A DNA stretch of 64,000 nucleotides from NCBI GenBank assembly GCA_013265495.1, contig MU058844.1, forward strand, positions 13,228,184 to 13,292,183. The letters run 5' to 3'. The notes beneath the pieces are model-generated. The model ran no database searches. It saw only the letters and a program-made list of their open reading frames with translations, and had not been told where the DNA came from. Both the position numbers and the translations under genes were made by a program. Origin of the DNA: Vicugna vicugna. Lineage: Eukaryota. Positions 37,125-50,434 of this stretch are shown piece by piece; the stretch's first letter is position 1, and each line of letters begins with the position of its first letter.

Positions 37125-37384
37125 TGTCTTGGTCAGCTTGGGCTGTTACAAATTACCACAGAGTGAGTGGCTTGAGCAACAGACATTTCTCAAAGTTCTG
37201 AGGCTGAGGAGACTAAGATTGGGTGGGCAGATATGGTGTCTGGTGAGGGCCAGCTTCCTGGTTTGCAGATGGCTGTCATCTTCTTAAAGACCCCACCCAC
37301 CTCCTAGTGCTGCCACGTTGATGGTGAGGATTTCAACGTATGAATTTGCAGGGGAGGCTGGACACAAACATTTAATTTGCAACA
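37125..37384 (-). mobile_element. MaLR LTR (MLT1A-like), internally deleted
   Basis: tgtcttggtcagcttgggctg...ggtgtctggtgagggccagcttcctggtttgcagatggc...ggatttcaacgtatgaattt...gcaaca. Confidence 0.85.
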
Positions 37385-39377
37385 GTTGGGTTATACTATG
37401 GGTTATTGGGTAGTGTGGGCAGAGAGAATGTCCATTTTCACTGATATCAAAAGATTCCTCTAAAAAATTGTGAAAGAAATAAGCACTTACATGAATGGGT
37501 TTGTTTGTTTGTTTTGGTTGATAGAAAACTCAAAGGGCTTATCCTTAAGATACCTTTAGAGAGAACAAATGATGTTGAATTTTGAGTCTTGAATTGAAAC
37601 ACAATAGAGAGATTAAAAAGTTCAAGCCTAGAATCAAGAACAGAGAATCACTGACAATTAGGGCTAGAAGAGATCTGTGATCTTCTGGACCAGCTTTCTC
37701 CTTTTATAGGAAGCTACAGAAGTCTCAATTCCAAGGTCACTCAGCTGGCATGCAGCATTGCTGGTGCAGGTGTCATTTTTGCTTTTTTACTACTTAAATT
37801 GATGTTAGGCAAGTTAGTTACTCAAACACATCATGTTACATGTAGATAGGGTAGCGTATGAACTGCAGGAGGTGTAATGAGAATTTAATGATTTAAAATA
37901 TTGAGTCCTATGTGATTGAAAATGTACAAGAGTCCCATGTGGCTCAAAAATCCTAGCATTTTAAAGAGGTAATTAAAATGAAAATGTGAACATGTGGCAC
38001 TTTATTTAATGCCCTTTTTGTAAAGCTGGAACTCGAGGGAAAAATCTGTGATTTGACTGCTCACAGCACCCCATGTAATAATGCTTTTATTGCAACTATC
38101 TGATTTTCTAGCATAGAAGCAGAAAGCATAGCATTATTTATTGCAAAAGGACCTTCTATTGTTTCCTGCTTCTTTTTCTTCCTACATAGCTTTGTTTTCC
38201 CATTTTGAGAAAGTTTTATGGTAAGAAAAAAATTCACATTTTTTTTCATGCTGAGGGCCAGTATTTAAACTCTAGAAGAGAAATTTTTATGTTAATAATT
38301 CATCCTATCTTTAGATTTTTTGTCTTTGAATCTTGTTGAACAGTAGGATTGTGCTCTGGATCTACTAGAACTATCTTAAAAATAACGAAGACTATTTTAC
38401 TGGTAAGGAATTTGAAAATATATCATAACATGCTTATCCAATTAAACTTTTGAGTCATAATTTTAAAAGTAAGCTTATTAACTTAAATGCGAGAGACATT
38501 TTTAAAAGGCATATGCTTACTTCATTCAGTATTTGCTGAAGTTTGATAATGGTTCAAACTTTCCCATCCTAGAAATGGTAGAATAAATCAAGTTAAATTT
38601 TTAAGAATGGTACCTTGACTTTGGCCAAGCCTAGTCTATTTAACATACATATTCATGCATTAAAAAAAAATCCCTCAGCATCTGAGAGAGTTTCCTTTTC
38701 AATTGTATTCTTTTTTAAAAAGTGGTTGGATTTTGAACATTTTACCCCTTTTTATTTCTTTCAATCACACAGTCACACCTTCTTAGCATCTTTCATTACT
38801 TAATGAGGAAGATGGTGCTTCATTTTGCTAGCGAGGAAGCTGAGTATCTGAAATTCTGAGCTCAGTGCTCATTGAGCTGTTGCGTCTTGAATTTGTTGTT
38901 GGGTAAGTGTGAGGTTGAGTGGAAGAGTTTTCTTTTTAAAAATTCTGTCTTCTCATTTGTGTACTGAGGTTCCTAAGGCAGGAGATTTGGGCTGATCAGG
39001 AGCCTTATCACCATCAAGACCTGACAGTTGACCTGGGAGAGAACAGGGAGAGGATGGCAGCTGAAATCTGAACAGCAGAACAATGGGGTTAAGACTCACA
39101 GAATGAGCTCTCTTCACTTCTTGGGAAGTTTCCTTTAAAGGCAAGGAGTTCAGCCTCAGGGAAGAGATCTGAGGAGCCCGGACTGCATCTTAGGATGCTG
39201 GCTCACTGTTTTTGAGAGTAAATCTCCAAGTTGTGGCAACCTGGGAGACAGGGTTCCAATTTTTTTTTTTTCCACAAGAGAGGGAGAAAACCTGAGAAAG
39301 CAAGGCCACTCTTCTGAAAGCTTTATAAGAATCATATTCCTGATGGGGAGAGGAGCCTCTTCCAAACTATGCATGTT

Positions 39378-40390
39378 CATTTGTTTATTCATTCATTCAC
39401 TCATTCATTCACACATGGAGTTATGTGACAGCACTGAGATGCTAGAAAGCTTAGCAGAACAAAACTTCAGCCCTCCTAGAGCTTGCATTCTAATATGGGA
39501 GGTAGGTAATAAATGTGTATCATAAGGATGAAGGGTTATAGATAAAACAAAAGCAGGATAAGGAGGTGAGAGGTGAGGTAGTGGGCAGTGGGCAGGAACT
39601 GTATTGCCTTGAAGCTCAAGCTCTCTACAAGGGACCTTGAAAGAAGTGTGGAAATGAGCTACGTAGACAGGTGCAGAAGGGCACCTCGAGGAGTGAGAAC
39701 AGGTGTGCACTTAGTATACGCAAGGAGCCATAAGCAAGCCAGGTTTGCTGCGTCACAGTGACTGGGGGTGGGGGTGGTGTAGGAGATGATCAAAGAAAGA
39801 TGGAGTTGTGGGACAGATTACAAAGGATCTGGTAGATTCTTGAATTCTGCTTTGACTCTGAGTTGGAAGCCATTTGAGGGTTTTGATCAGAAGAGTGACA
39901 TAATACGACTTTTAAAAGGACCACTCTGATGATGGAGTGAGAGAATAACTCTGGAGGGGTCAGAGTGGGAGCAGGAAGCCCGGTTGGGAGGCGACAGCAG
40001 TAATCCAGCAAGAGGTGATGGCAGCTTGGACCAGGGTGGACGTGATGTGGGTGTGAGAAGTGGGGGAGTCTGGATCTCTCTGATGTGAGAGGAAAACGAT
40101 TAGCTGGTGGGTTAAATGACTGGTAGGGGAGAAAGAGAGGGAGCAAGGACGGCTACAAGGTTTGAGGCTTCCCATCATTGTGGTAGGTAATCAGTCTGAA
40201 GAGCAGGATTTGTCCTGATTTAGGAAACATAGTCTGACATGACTATTAGGTACCTAAGTGGTGATGCTGACAAGGTGGTTAAATAGATAAGTGTGGGATT
40301 CTGGGGAAGTTAGTGCTGAAAGTCTGAATTTGGGAGTTGTCCACGTATGGGTGGTACTAAAGGCAAGGAGCAGTGATGAGAGGAACAACA
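39378..40390 (-). mobile_element. LINE-2, ~1 kb fragment including the 3' tail
   Basis: (TTCA)n-like tail at 39378-39410; tttgactctgagttggaagccatttgagggtttt...gacttttaaaaggaccactctg...gcagtaatccagcaagaggtgatggcagcttggaccagggtgg. Confidence 0.88.
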
Positions 40391-40744
40391 GGGCATTTGG
40401 CAATAGCAAGGTAGTAGCAGCTTGGCACAGGACCAAGAGCTGCTCTGGATTCAGGCTTTTGACAGCAAGTGAGGGGGATGCAGTCGGTAGCTGCTAAAGA
40501 GAACTGTTGAGGACTGTCAAGGAGACTGGGTCACCTTGCGAAGAGAAGGTGAGCTGGTTGGTTTGGAGGAGTAGGGGGCCAGGGACACAGCTTGGTGAAG
40601 GCTCAGATCCAAAGATGCTTTCTGTTGTGGTTGTGACTTTTACCCAAAGCACATGCTGGTTTTGCCAGGCAGGTGTGCCTTGGCAAGGTAACAGCTACAC
40701 CTTCACCCCTTGAATGAAAAAGCTACTTGTACTTTGGATAATTA

Positions 40745-40895
40745 GCTTCAAGTCTTCTATTTCCTGATTGTAAGTTCCTTAAGAGAAAAATACTACATTC
40801 TCATGTATTTTTATAATCTGCACAAACATAAGAAGCTTAGAACAGAAGACTTTATATGTGGGAGGTGTTTAGCAAATATTTGTTGAATGGATTAA
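40745..40895 (+). mobile_element. LINE-2 3' end
   Basis: gattgtaagttccttaagag...ggaggtgtttagcaaatatttgttgaatggat. Confidence 0.65.
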
Positions 40896-42384
40896 TCAGA
40901 AAATTACCAAAAGTTTCAGAAATCTCCTAAAGGTGCTTGGACAGAGAGCAATTATCAGGAGGATTAGCTGTGCTGGGCTTTCCTGAACAAATGGCCTGCT
41001 CTGCTTGGGAAATGCCCTGAGAGTGTGTGTCTGGAATTGTGAGACTGTTCTGGAATCAGTGACTGTGTGAGTGGCTTCTAGGTCTGATCTTTTTATGACA
41101 AAAAATTATTGGTTGCTTGGCTGCTTGTTTAAAAGTATTTGGCCCGAGTAAAAGTTTTTCTCTGTTATTGGCAGAATTACTCAAAAAATACATGCTTAAG
41201 CTGAGATTTCTAAGTAGGCTCTTGTAAAAACAAGCAATTACTTGCTCAAGGCAGTTAATTGCACTCACAGATGGGTGCTTGTGTTACCAATTACTCATTT
41301 GCTCTTGTGATTACCATTTGCATTAATTCATGAAATCTAGGGGAATTCTTAGGTACTAAGAAAGGTTTTAGGCGTTTAAAAAAACATATTAGTACCATGC
41401 AAAGAGACTGGAGGGGAACAAAAGCTAAATATAAAATCCTAATCCAATGGCTCTATTTAGAGGACAGGTTTTGAAGCTCGTGGTTGCTGGAGGTAAGAGG
41501 TTTACTTGACTATCTTGCTTAAGATGTTGCTATCCACTCTATCAGTTTAAAAAAAGTGGAGGGGTAGAAATAAAAATAACGTTTCAGCATTTCTTATTTT
41601 ATTTTGTTTTTCTTGTGGCTTTCTGTTAATAATGATTTCTGTCAAACTTCGTACTTTGATGGCTTCTAGTATGCTAGAAGAGGTTTTTTTGTTTGTTTGT
41701 TTCTTGTTTTTTCTCTGAAAGAAAATACACTCAACTTAAAGTTCTTTGAAATAACTTGAAATCATAAATCTGGGGGAAAAGTGGGTAAAAATCCCAAATC
41801 TTCCAAGGTTGTGGTGAAATGAGGAGGACATTTGCTGTTTGAAGTGATTGTCATGACAACTCCATGCTCTGCTACATGGGCAGGGAATATGGACAGAAAA
41901 GGAAAGGACTTCACCTTCCCATCAAAATATGAGCACTAGCTTTAAGAATTCTTTTTCAAAACAATTGTTGAATAGTCTGCTGTGAACAGTCTGAAATAAA
42001 TGTTTTGTGAGAAAAGATATCCTACGTTAAGATGTTCTCATGTGACATGTCAATTTTTAGTACTGAAAAGGGAATTAACTTGTCAAACTTTCTATTCTGT
42101 GGAAGCTACGAAAACCTTTAAAGTTTCTCAAGGCACTTTGAAGGATTTGTTGTTTTATTCTGGTAGTTGAATCTATTGTCCAAAACATTGTGGGGAAAGA
42201 AGATAGGAAGTAAACACATCCCGACGAGGCAGTTTAAATAATGTGAAACCCTCCGAGAGATCTAGCATAATCCTTGATTTGGAGGATTCCTAGTGACGAT
42301 TGGGTCGGTTCTTGGAGTCTCTTTTTGTAGTCCATTGTCACACATACTTCTCCTGAACTGAGGAGATCTAACTCTATGGAGCAT

Positions 42385-42800
42385 TGTATTACTTAGGATA
42401 GGCTAAGTTGTGCTTCGGTAACAAACAATCCCCAAGTCTCAGCAGCCTAAACAACAAAGGTGTACTTCTCTCTTGTGCTGTATGTTGATTGTGTGTCCAC
42501 ACCTGGGGTGGGGGTCTTGTTCATCAGTCACTCCAGGACCTGGATAGATCAAGCAGTCTCCATCACTAACATTTCTGGGCATTGTGTCAGAGGGACAAGA
42601 GAGGTCTTAAAAGTCTTGCGTTATCAATTAAATGCTCCTTCTTGGAAGTGACTTTATTTCCCTCTGCTCACATGTTATTGACCATAACTAGTCATATGGC
42701 TCCACATAACATAAGGAGGCTAGAAAAGGCAGTCCTATCCTATGTCTGGGCAATAGAGTAAACCAGAAATATTTGGCAAACTGTAGTAACAACTATCCCA
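42385..42800 (-). mobile_element. MaLR LTR (MLT1I/J-like), complete
   Basis: tgtattacttaggataggctaagttgtgct...gtaacaaacaatcccc...aactagtcatatggc...ccagaaatatttggcaaac...ctatccca. Confidence 0.85.
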
Positions 42801-44629
42801 AATAACTTTAGAGTTAAATGGACCCCATAGGATGTTCTTTAATTGGTTCCAGGAGCCAAAGAACTGCCGTACTGGTACCCATGTTCTACTTTCTTTATAG
42901 GTGATTTTTCTTTCACCATGTGAGTCTCTTAGTAGGTGGCTATACCACGGTACTGAAAGCGATGCGGTATACATTTTTTTTTAACTCTCATGAAGATGAT
43001 TATTTCAGATAACTATGCGGTCACTTCTTAGATTTTTCTGAGACATTTGAGAAGCAATCCAACTATATTATTTGTCGTTGTATATAATGTTATCAGAATT
43101 CTAAAGCACTCAATTAAAACATTCAGAATGATCTGAACTTGAATACCTATGCTGTTTCTTTTTGGCAGGGGGCATCTTTTCACATTCTATCCCAGTTTTG
43201 AGGCATTTGAGCTTTTTGTTTTGGGAAATGTCAACAGATTCAAGAATTGTGCTGAATCTGAAAACTCTAAAGAGGAGAATTGAATTCTCAATTTGTCAGC
43301 CAAACCAGCTCACAAAATAGAAAAATTAAGAGGAAAATAGATGAGGGGAAAAGTGGGGATAGATGAACATTTATTCCTTATAGCTTCTTAATTTTTTAAA
43401 AACTGAATTCTAGCCTTAGCAGTAATGTTTATTAAACAAAGTAGGTGGATAATGATATAAAAGTAGTTTGTGCTAATTCCAATATTGACATCTTGTTTCT
43501 TCTCAAAGAGGACCTAGTGATAATACCAACTGGTATGTCTAAGCTAAAATGGTCTTTTTGTTCTTTGTGATCTGGTCTAAGAGATCCTCTGCTTGCTTTA
43601 TGATCTTTATTGCTAAGTCTTAGTCTTGGCTCAGGTATTTCTCAAAGTGCATTTTAAATACTTGGTTACCATCAGCTAATTTCCATGAGAGCCTTTGCTC
43701 TCTTCCAATGTGAATTGCAGATTCTGATTGTGGATTGTGGCTATGCAGTGCTGCAGATCTCTGTTTTACCACTCTGAAGTCTATTTCCCTTTCTTCCCCA
43801 GCTGCTGCTTCCTCTTTGGAATTCATATTCTACGTTCTTGAAGATCAGTGTTCTTTCCTATGCTTGTGGTAATGAGTAGTAGGTATTTAGACTCTTTTTC
43901 CTGGGAAGAGTCACTTCCCACCTGGAATGGATGCTGAAATCTGGTTACTTATTTTTATAAAGCCCTGATACTTTTCTGTTTGGTTCTGCAAGGAAGACTT
44001 AAATATCCCCTGTAGACAGTGGTTTCAGATAAGACTGTTTAATTGCTTTTTGACTGGTTTGCGTTACAATAGCGTTTTCAAACTCATTGTCTATTTTCAG
44101 TTCTGCTTCTGCTACTTCATAGCTATATCACACAGGCAGAATTATCAAGATTCCTCTTTTTCAAAATCTGTAAATCATTCAATCTCTCAAATTGAAAATG
44201 GAGCTCGTCAGCTTTGCTTGTGCTAGTAAGTAACCCAGTGACACTGCGCATGGATGAGTGCTTAGTAAATTCACGTTTTTGATGGTGTAGGTGATTATAC
44301 TGATGAAAACCATCATGCATGAACCAGTTTCCCATTTTGTCCAGTGGTCTGCTTTAATGAACACACACACCATGGGAAATTGGGCCATGTATTGTCAGAG
44401 AAAAGTTGCAGAATCATGGAAGGTGAGAATTGGGAAACACATTTTTTTTCAAACTTACAGAGCTATGAAACCCTTTCTCTAAGGAAAATCTTATGTGGAA
44501 ATTCAGTATATAAACAGGTAACTGACCTGCTGTGGCTAATGACGTGTGGTGGTGGGAATGGGTCCTATAGACCCATGTTCTCCAGTCTCTACACCCCAAA
44601 GTTTCATGGTGCACAGTTTGAAAACCACT

Positions 44630-44750
44630 AATGCTTACTGCCCTTTCTGTAGAGAGAAAAGCTGAGCCCAGAGAAGGTATGTGACTTCCCCAGGACCGTG
44701 GCAGAGCCAATACCATCCTGAGGTCTTCTCATTTACCTACTTTGCCCTTT
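44630..44750 (-). mobile_element. MIR fragment
   Basis: ttctgtagagagaaaagctgagcccagagaaggtatgtgacttccccagg. Confidence 0.7.
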
Positions 44751-44947
44751 TCATTAAAATATGGTCTCTTAGCAGTCAGAGAGTGTTGTGTGTAAACAAG
44801 AAGGGAACGGACACTTTGTGTTATTGCTACTGCTACTGCAAGAAAAATGTGTGAAAAAAAATCTTTTGAGGCCATTAAATAAGACTTTGTACCAAGAAGT
44901 TATGAAAGAGAAGAAAGTGGGCTTCAGCCAAGTCCCTGTAAAAGCAA

Positions 44948-44953
<6 letters not shown>

Positions 44954-44987
<34 letters not shown>
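44954..44987. repeat. (GA)n microsatellite
   Basis: Direct reading. Confidence 0.95.
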
Positions 44988-46249
44988 CTTTCTGTGCAAG
45001 CAGCTTCAACCCTCCCATTCTCCCCGCAGACATGGGTACGTCTTCTGATTGTGTGTGACCCAGTGTGAAATTGAATGAGAATTTGTCGGAACAAGTCAGT
45101 GGAGCTTTCCTGCTCAGAAACGGCTTATCTCAGTTCTTGAGGGAAAGAAAGGAAAAAGGAGAATTAAAAAACACAAAGCAAAACAACCATCACCTGCAAT
45201 GTTACCATATGCAAAACAGGAGGCCCTAGAATGTTAAAGTGTTTTAACAATTCCCAGACTAGGGAAAATTATGTGTATTCCGATTTAAACAGAAATCAAT
45301 AGTTGTCTGCTGTGGTTGAACTATACACTAGAGAACTGTACTGTAATTATATTCATGGCAGGCATCAAGGACAAATCCCTTGGGTTTTGAGTAGGTGTGA
45401 GACAGGAAAAAATTACCAGCCCAGCCTTGGAAGATTAAAAAAAAAAAAAAGTACTCACAAAGCTTTTCTTTCAGAACGATGGGTTTAATTACATATTCTT
45501 CATCGAACAAATAATAGTTCTCCAACCCTTGCTAAAATCATTGCATAAAAAAAAAATGTCTGGGAGAAACAATGCTGTAAAACAGTTCCATCCACACTTG
45601 TGCGTTTTCAGTTGTTTTACCTGCTCCTAGTTGGGGTTTGATTTCTTTCTACTTCTTAAAACTGCTAAAATACAGGCATTAGATTTAAAATTTTCATTGT
45701 TTCCCCTTCCTTCTACTAGGATAATTTAAAGAAGAACAATGTCTGTGATTCTGACATTGCCAATTAGGCTGCTGCCCCAGCGTGTTCAATTTCACATCAC
45801 AGTTTCCTAGGGAAGTTCTGAGGCCGCTAATTTATGATTGGACTGGGAACCATTCCCTTTCTCTGTCCTGTGATAGGAAGACTGGTTGTTCTGTCATCCA
45901 GCAACCAGTGGAATCCCTTGTATGTGTCAGGCACGTAGTAGGTCGATTCTGAGAATACGAAGGTAGATTACATATAGCCTCAGCTTTTGAGGGGCTCTGT
46001 CTACAGAAATGATTTAGGTAATAACCCCTCCCTTCTTAGCTCAGACGATGCTCCTTATACACAAATAGGCTGCCCTACTCCCTTCTCCTCTGGCAGCCAC
46101 AGAATTCTCTTTTCCTCCCTTGCTGTTGGTGAGAATTTCTCTTCCACTCCTCCCATTGCAGACACCAAGGAGACCTGCTTAAAGATAGTGAACCTCACCT
46201 TGGAGGAGGCTGGGTTCCCCACCTGCTCTGCCCAGCAAGTAGGACCAGG

Positions 46250-46430
46250 GTGGGGGCATATTTTGGGGGATATTTTGAGAGGAGTGTAGACAAGATTTGG
46301 TGTCAGACTGAATGTGAGTTGGCAAGATTACAGGAAGAACAGGGTGGGGAGGGGTGAATATTAGTTGTATTTTGGGGACCTGTTAAGTTTGAGGTGTACA
46401 TTAGACATCCAAGTGGATGCTGAAAAGGCA
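46250..46430 (-). mobile_element. LINE-2 fragment
   Basis: ttttggggacctgttaagtttgaggtgtacattagacatccaagtggatg. Confidence 0.7.
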
Positions 46431-47659
46431 GTAAATCATGACTGCTTCCACTATGCTACAACCTCAAGTCTTTGCTGTCTATGTAAATGTGCTATTGAAA
46501 GTCTAAATAATAATTGTTACCATATTCTCACGCAATTAAGGAAAGATATGGTAAAAAAAAGAAGAGAAAAGATCTTTTCAACATCCAGTTACTTTGAAAG
46601 GAGGCCAATTTTAATAACCTTCAATTTAACATTAGATTCTTCTATTATTAATGCAAATTTTAAAAATCATCATAAAAACTAAATAGTCATTAGACTTCAC
46701 CTTGGGCTGAGAGCTGGGAGAGTAAGTTTTGACTTCAATAGAGCTAAAATAAATATTTAATGCTGATAATAGAGACACATAGAAAGTAAGTGGGAAATAT
46801 GCGTGACTCACAAGGGAGGCATCCAGGGCTTTTTAATCAAATGGAAACCTTTTATAATAAAAGTTCTTTGAATTTTCATATGACTTCTTTTTGAAGTCAG
46901 AGTGTTTCCTAGAAGTAATCTCATTAAGCCCCAGTGAGACCAGCCAGAACACATAATATTATCTCTAATTTATAGATCTGACTGTAGAGAAGGGGGCCAC
47001 ACAACAGGGTCGTTATTTTCTTGGCAACCCAATGGCTAAACAAGGTTTGGGGCCTGTATTTTTCATTTCACATAAGTTATTTTCTGGCTTAACTAAATCG
47101 TTATTTTCTTTTCTCTTCTCTATAAACAAACAAACAAACAAATCCTTCTTTTGCTTTCCTCAAATGGCTTCTACCATTTTTAACTCTATAAAGGTCATGG
47201 GCAAAAAAGTTTTTCACATTAAAGGAAAGATTTGAGCTCTGGCCAAGTATAGCTTTGTTTTCAGCCTTTTAGCTTTCAAAATGTAGACAGACTTATACAT
47301 TCTCCCCTCAAGATATGTGTGAAGGATGATTCTTTCCTCTAAAGCTTCAGATAACCAACGTGAATCTGTCTCTGTTGTCAAATTGTAGGAAGATGTGTCA
47401 CAACATCAAATGTGGCTAGAGATAGGATTTGTCTGTACTCAATTTTCAATATTCCCTTTAGAGATTATGCACAGCCAAACACGAGAGAGTCACTCAACAA
47501 ACATTTGTAGAGCACCTGCTAAATAGATAACTCCAATCAGTGATACAATGGGCTTTGACAGAGGGAAGCCCAGTGTATTCTAAGGATATAGCAGGATTCT
47601 TTAGTTAGAATTGAGTAGAGAATGTGATTATAAATAACCTCTGTGCCACATCCTTCTAC

Positions 47660-47975
47660 ATTCATGACCCCAGACACAAGAAACCTTCCCTGCTAGCCCC
47701 AGGTAGAACAATCCAAGGCAAGGATTCTTATTGGCTAAGCTTGTGTCATAGCTCCATTCCTTGGACCAACCTCTATTACTAGGGCCATGAGTTACTGTAA
47801 TATCTTGGATCTAGATAGTGTGGCTGGAGGGCAGCAAAAGGTGGTTGTATTCACTTTAGACTCACACAGAAAGGTTAGTGGAGGAGGAGCCGCTTCCCAA
47901 AGGAGGCAGGGGTGAGGAGAAGTTGTTATTAAGGGAAAGGATGCTGAGAAGGCCACAGCAATAGATGTTAGCTAA
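47660..47975 (-). mobile_element. Old MaLR LTR fragment (MLT1K/L-like)
   Basis: ggattcttattggctaagcttgtgtcat...ccttggaccaacc...cttcccaaaggagg...aagggaaagggatgctgaga. Confidence 0.5.
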
Positions 47976-47979
47976 CAAG

Positions 47980-48820
47980 TGACCATAGGAAAGACACTGA
48001 AGAGGGGAGTCAGATGTCAAGGATGGTTTTCTGTAGGAGGTATTGCCTGACCTGAGTCATTTAAAAAAACGTGAGCTAAGTCTTGAAGAAAAAGTAGGCA
48101 TTCTCCAGGTGTTTATCTGTGTATTTGTTTTGCACACATTGAAGACATTAGGGTGGTCCAGGTAGGGGGAGCAGGGTGTATAAAGATACAAACATGGGAA
48201 AAAAGAAAATGACCTATCAGTGAGTAGTCAGGATACAGGTGAAGGTTAAAGGGGATGGATGAGATCATCAGGAAAAATACATACAGAGAAGAGGCTGGAA
48301 CATGGACGCCCAGGGCAGGTGAGAAAGAGCCCCAATCAGAGAATGAGAATGACTGGCCAGGCATAGAGAAGGAGAAACCGGAGAAAGTGTTTTCAGGAAA
48401 GTCAAAATTTGTAGACGCATCTGTAGATGTGGTTTTCAGATTTTCTCCAGCAGTGCTGAGCAGGCTCTAAATATGGAAAAGGTAAGCAGGCAGTGTAATG
48501 GCTCCAAAATTTGGATTTTGTCAAGCAAACATGGCTGACTCTGGGCCAGGGAGTTGAGGATAGTGACACAAGGTGCCGCGTGATGGACCTGAAGCTTCGG
48601 CAGGTGGGGCAGGAAGTGAGTATAGAAAGGGGTTAATTAAAAGATGTAGGTCAAGGATGGGAGGTCTCAGTGAGTCACAGAGAGGGTGTGGTGGGTGTAA
48701 AGGACTCGGGGAGCTGAAGAGATAGGAAATTGAGGTCAGAATGGGGTGCTGAGTTCCAGATCCAGTGATGAGGTCAAAAGGTGTGATCATGGGTCATGAG
48801 AGGCTGAAATGCAAGGGAAG
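47980..48820 (-). mobile_element. LINE-2 fragments, decayed
   Basis: gtcaaggatggttttctgtaggaggt...ggatggatgagatcatcaggaaaa...gagaatgagaatgactggccag. Confidence 0.55.
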
Positions 48821-49407
48821 TGTACTAGTCAGCGTTCTCCAGAAAAGCAGAACCAATAGAATATATGTATCTTATGGTATTGGATATTGTATGTATTTCA
48901 TATTCCATATCTATATAGCTGTCCCTCTCTCTCTATCTAAAAAGATTTATTATTAAGAATTGGCTCATGTAATCATGGAGGTAGGCAAGTCCCAAGATCT
49001 GCAGGGTGAGTCAGCAGATGGAGACTGAAGAAAACTGATGGCTTAGTTCCATCCCAGTCCAAAGACATGAAAACCAGGAGAGCCTGTGGTATAGTACCAG
49101 TCATAAGGCCGGCAAGCTTGAGATCCAGAAAGAGCCAATGTTTCAACCATGTTGGAAGGCAGGAGAATTCTCTTATGTGAATTCTCCCTCTTAACTGGGA
49201 GAGGGTCAGCCTTTTTGCTCTTTTTTAGGCCTTCCGTTGATTGGATGAGGCCCACCCACATTAAGGAAGGCAATCTGCTTTACTCAGTCTGCTAATTTAA
49301 ATGTTACTCTCATCCAAAAACGCCCTTACAGAAACACCCAGAAAATACTTGGCCCTGTGGTCGCCCTGTGGCCCAGTCAAGTAAGCACAAAAAAATTAAC
49401 CATTATA
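48821..49407 (-). mobile_element. ERVL LTR (MLT2B-like), complete
   Basis: tgtactagtcagcgttctccagaaaagcagaaccaatag...aagaattggctcatgtaatcatggagg...gattggatgaggcccacccacatt...aaaattaaccattata. Confidence 0.9.
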
Positions 49408-50434
49408 GAAACTGATCAATTTATTCCACATCCTCTACTTGCTCTGCTTTTCTGGCCTTGACCTTCTGGCTCCAAGTTCCTGCTTTAGATCCTGACTTGG
49501 GCCATTGACCACAAAAGCTGAGTCTGCCCCTTAGAACTGTGATGGGAAGGTTCTGAGCAAATTGAGGTTGAGACCTGGGAGCTGGAACTGAATTCTGACC
49601 CAATAATATACAAAGATTGCTTGCTGGGAGCAGCCTGTTGTTAAGAAATCTATCTAGAAGTATTACTACAACTGTCTAATCTGTGCCTGCTACACAGTCC
49701 CATGGGGAAAATCAAGGCTAAGCATTTGAGGACCAAAGAAAAATTGTAGGTACATTACTATGTGCCGCCCCTTAAGTGAGCTTAGTGGGATGAATAACAG
49801 ATACTGGCTACATCCAGCTACAAACTGAATTGCCCTCACTGCAGGCTGAGGGCTGTTGGAACATAAGTTCACCTGTGAGGGACTATCAGAGAGGAGATTA
49901 CGTCTTCTGTTTCCTGAACACTTGTTTCCAGTGTTAATGGAAATAATAGAGATTCTAGTAAGTTGGTGGCTTCTGGGTAGTGAATGAATCGTAAGAGAAA
50001 GATCTACCTTTGTTGAGTGATTTTTGTTACACCCAAGCGTAAAAAGTAGCTGTCTCTTTTTAGGAGCTCATAAGGTATTAAAAAGTGCGCCTCTTCTGAG
50101 CTTCCAAGGACTACAGAAGGTTATAAAAGTGACCCTTGACAGGAAGTGAAAAACCAGACAACTTCTCTGGAATAGGCTTTCGGAGAGACAGATAATATTA
50201 TTGTTCTGCACTCTGGTTTCTTTCCTGATTGTGCTTCAGATTGGTTGTATTCCCACACATACCCTCCACTATGGGATAGTCCCCTCTTCTGTTTGAACTC
50301 CGGGAAACTGAAAGTCCTACATGTATTCCATACTCCATTAATTCCAAAAGAACCTTCAAAGGTGTTCACTTATTTCTCTGCTTCTTAACTCAGCTGTTAA
50401 ATGCTTAGCTTGGACTTTTACCTTTTCATCTGTT

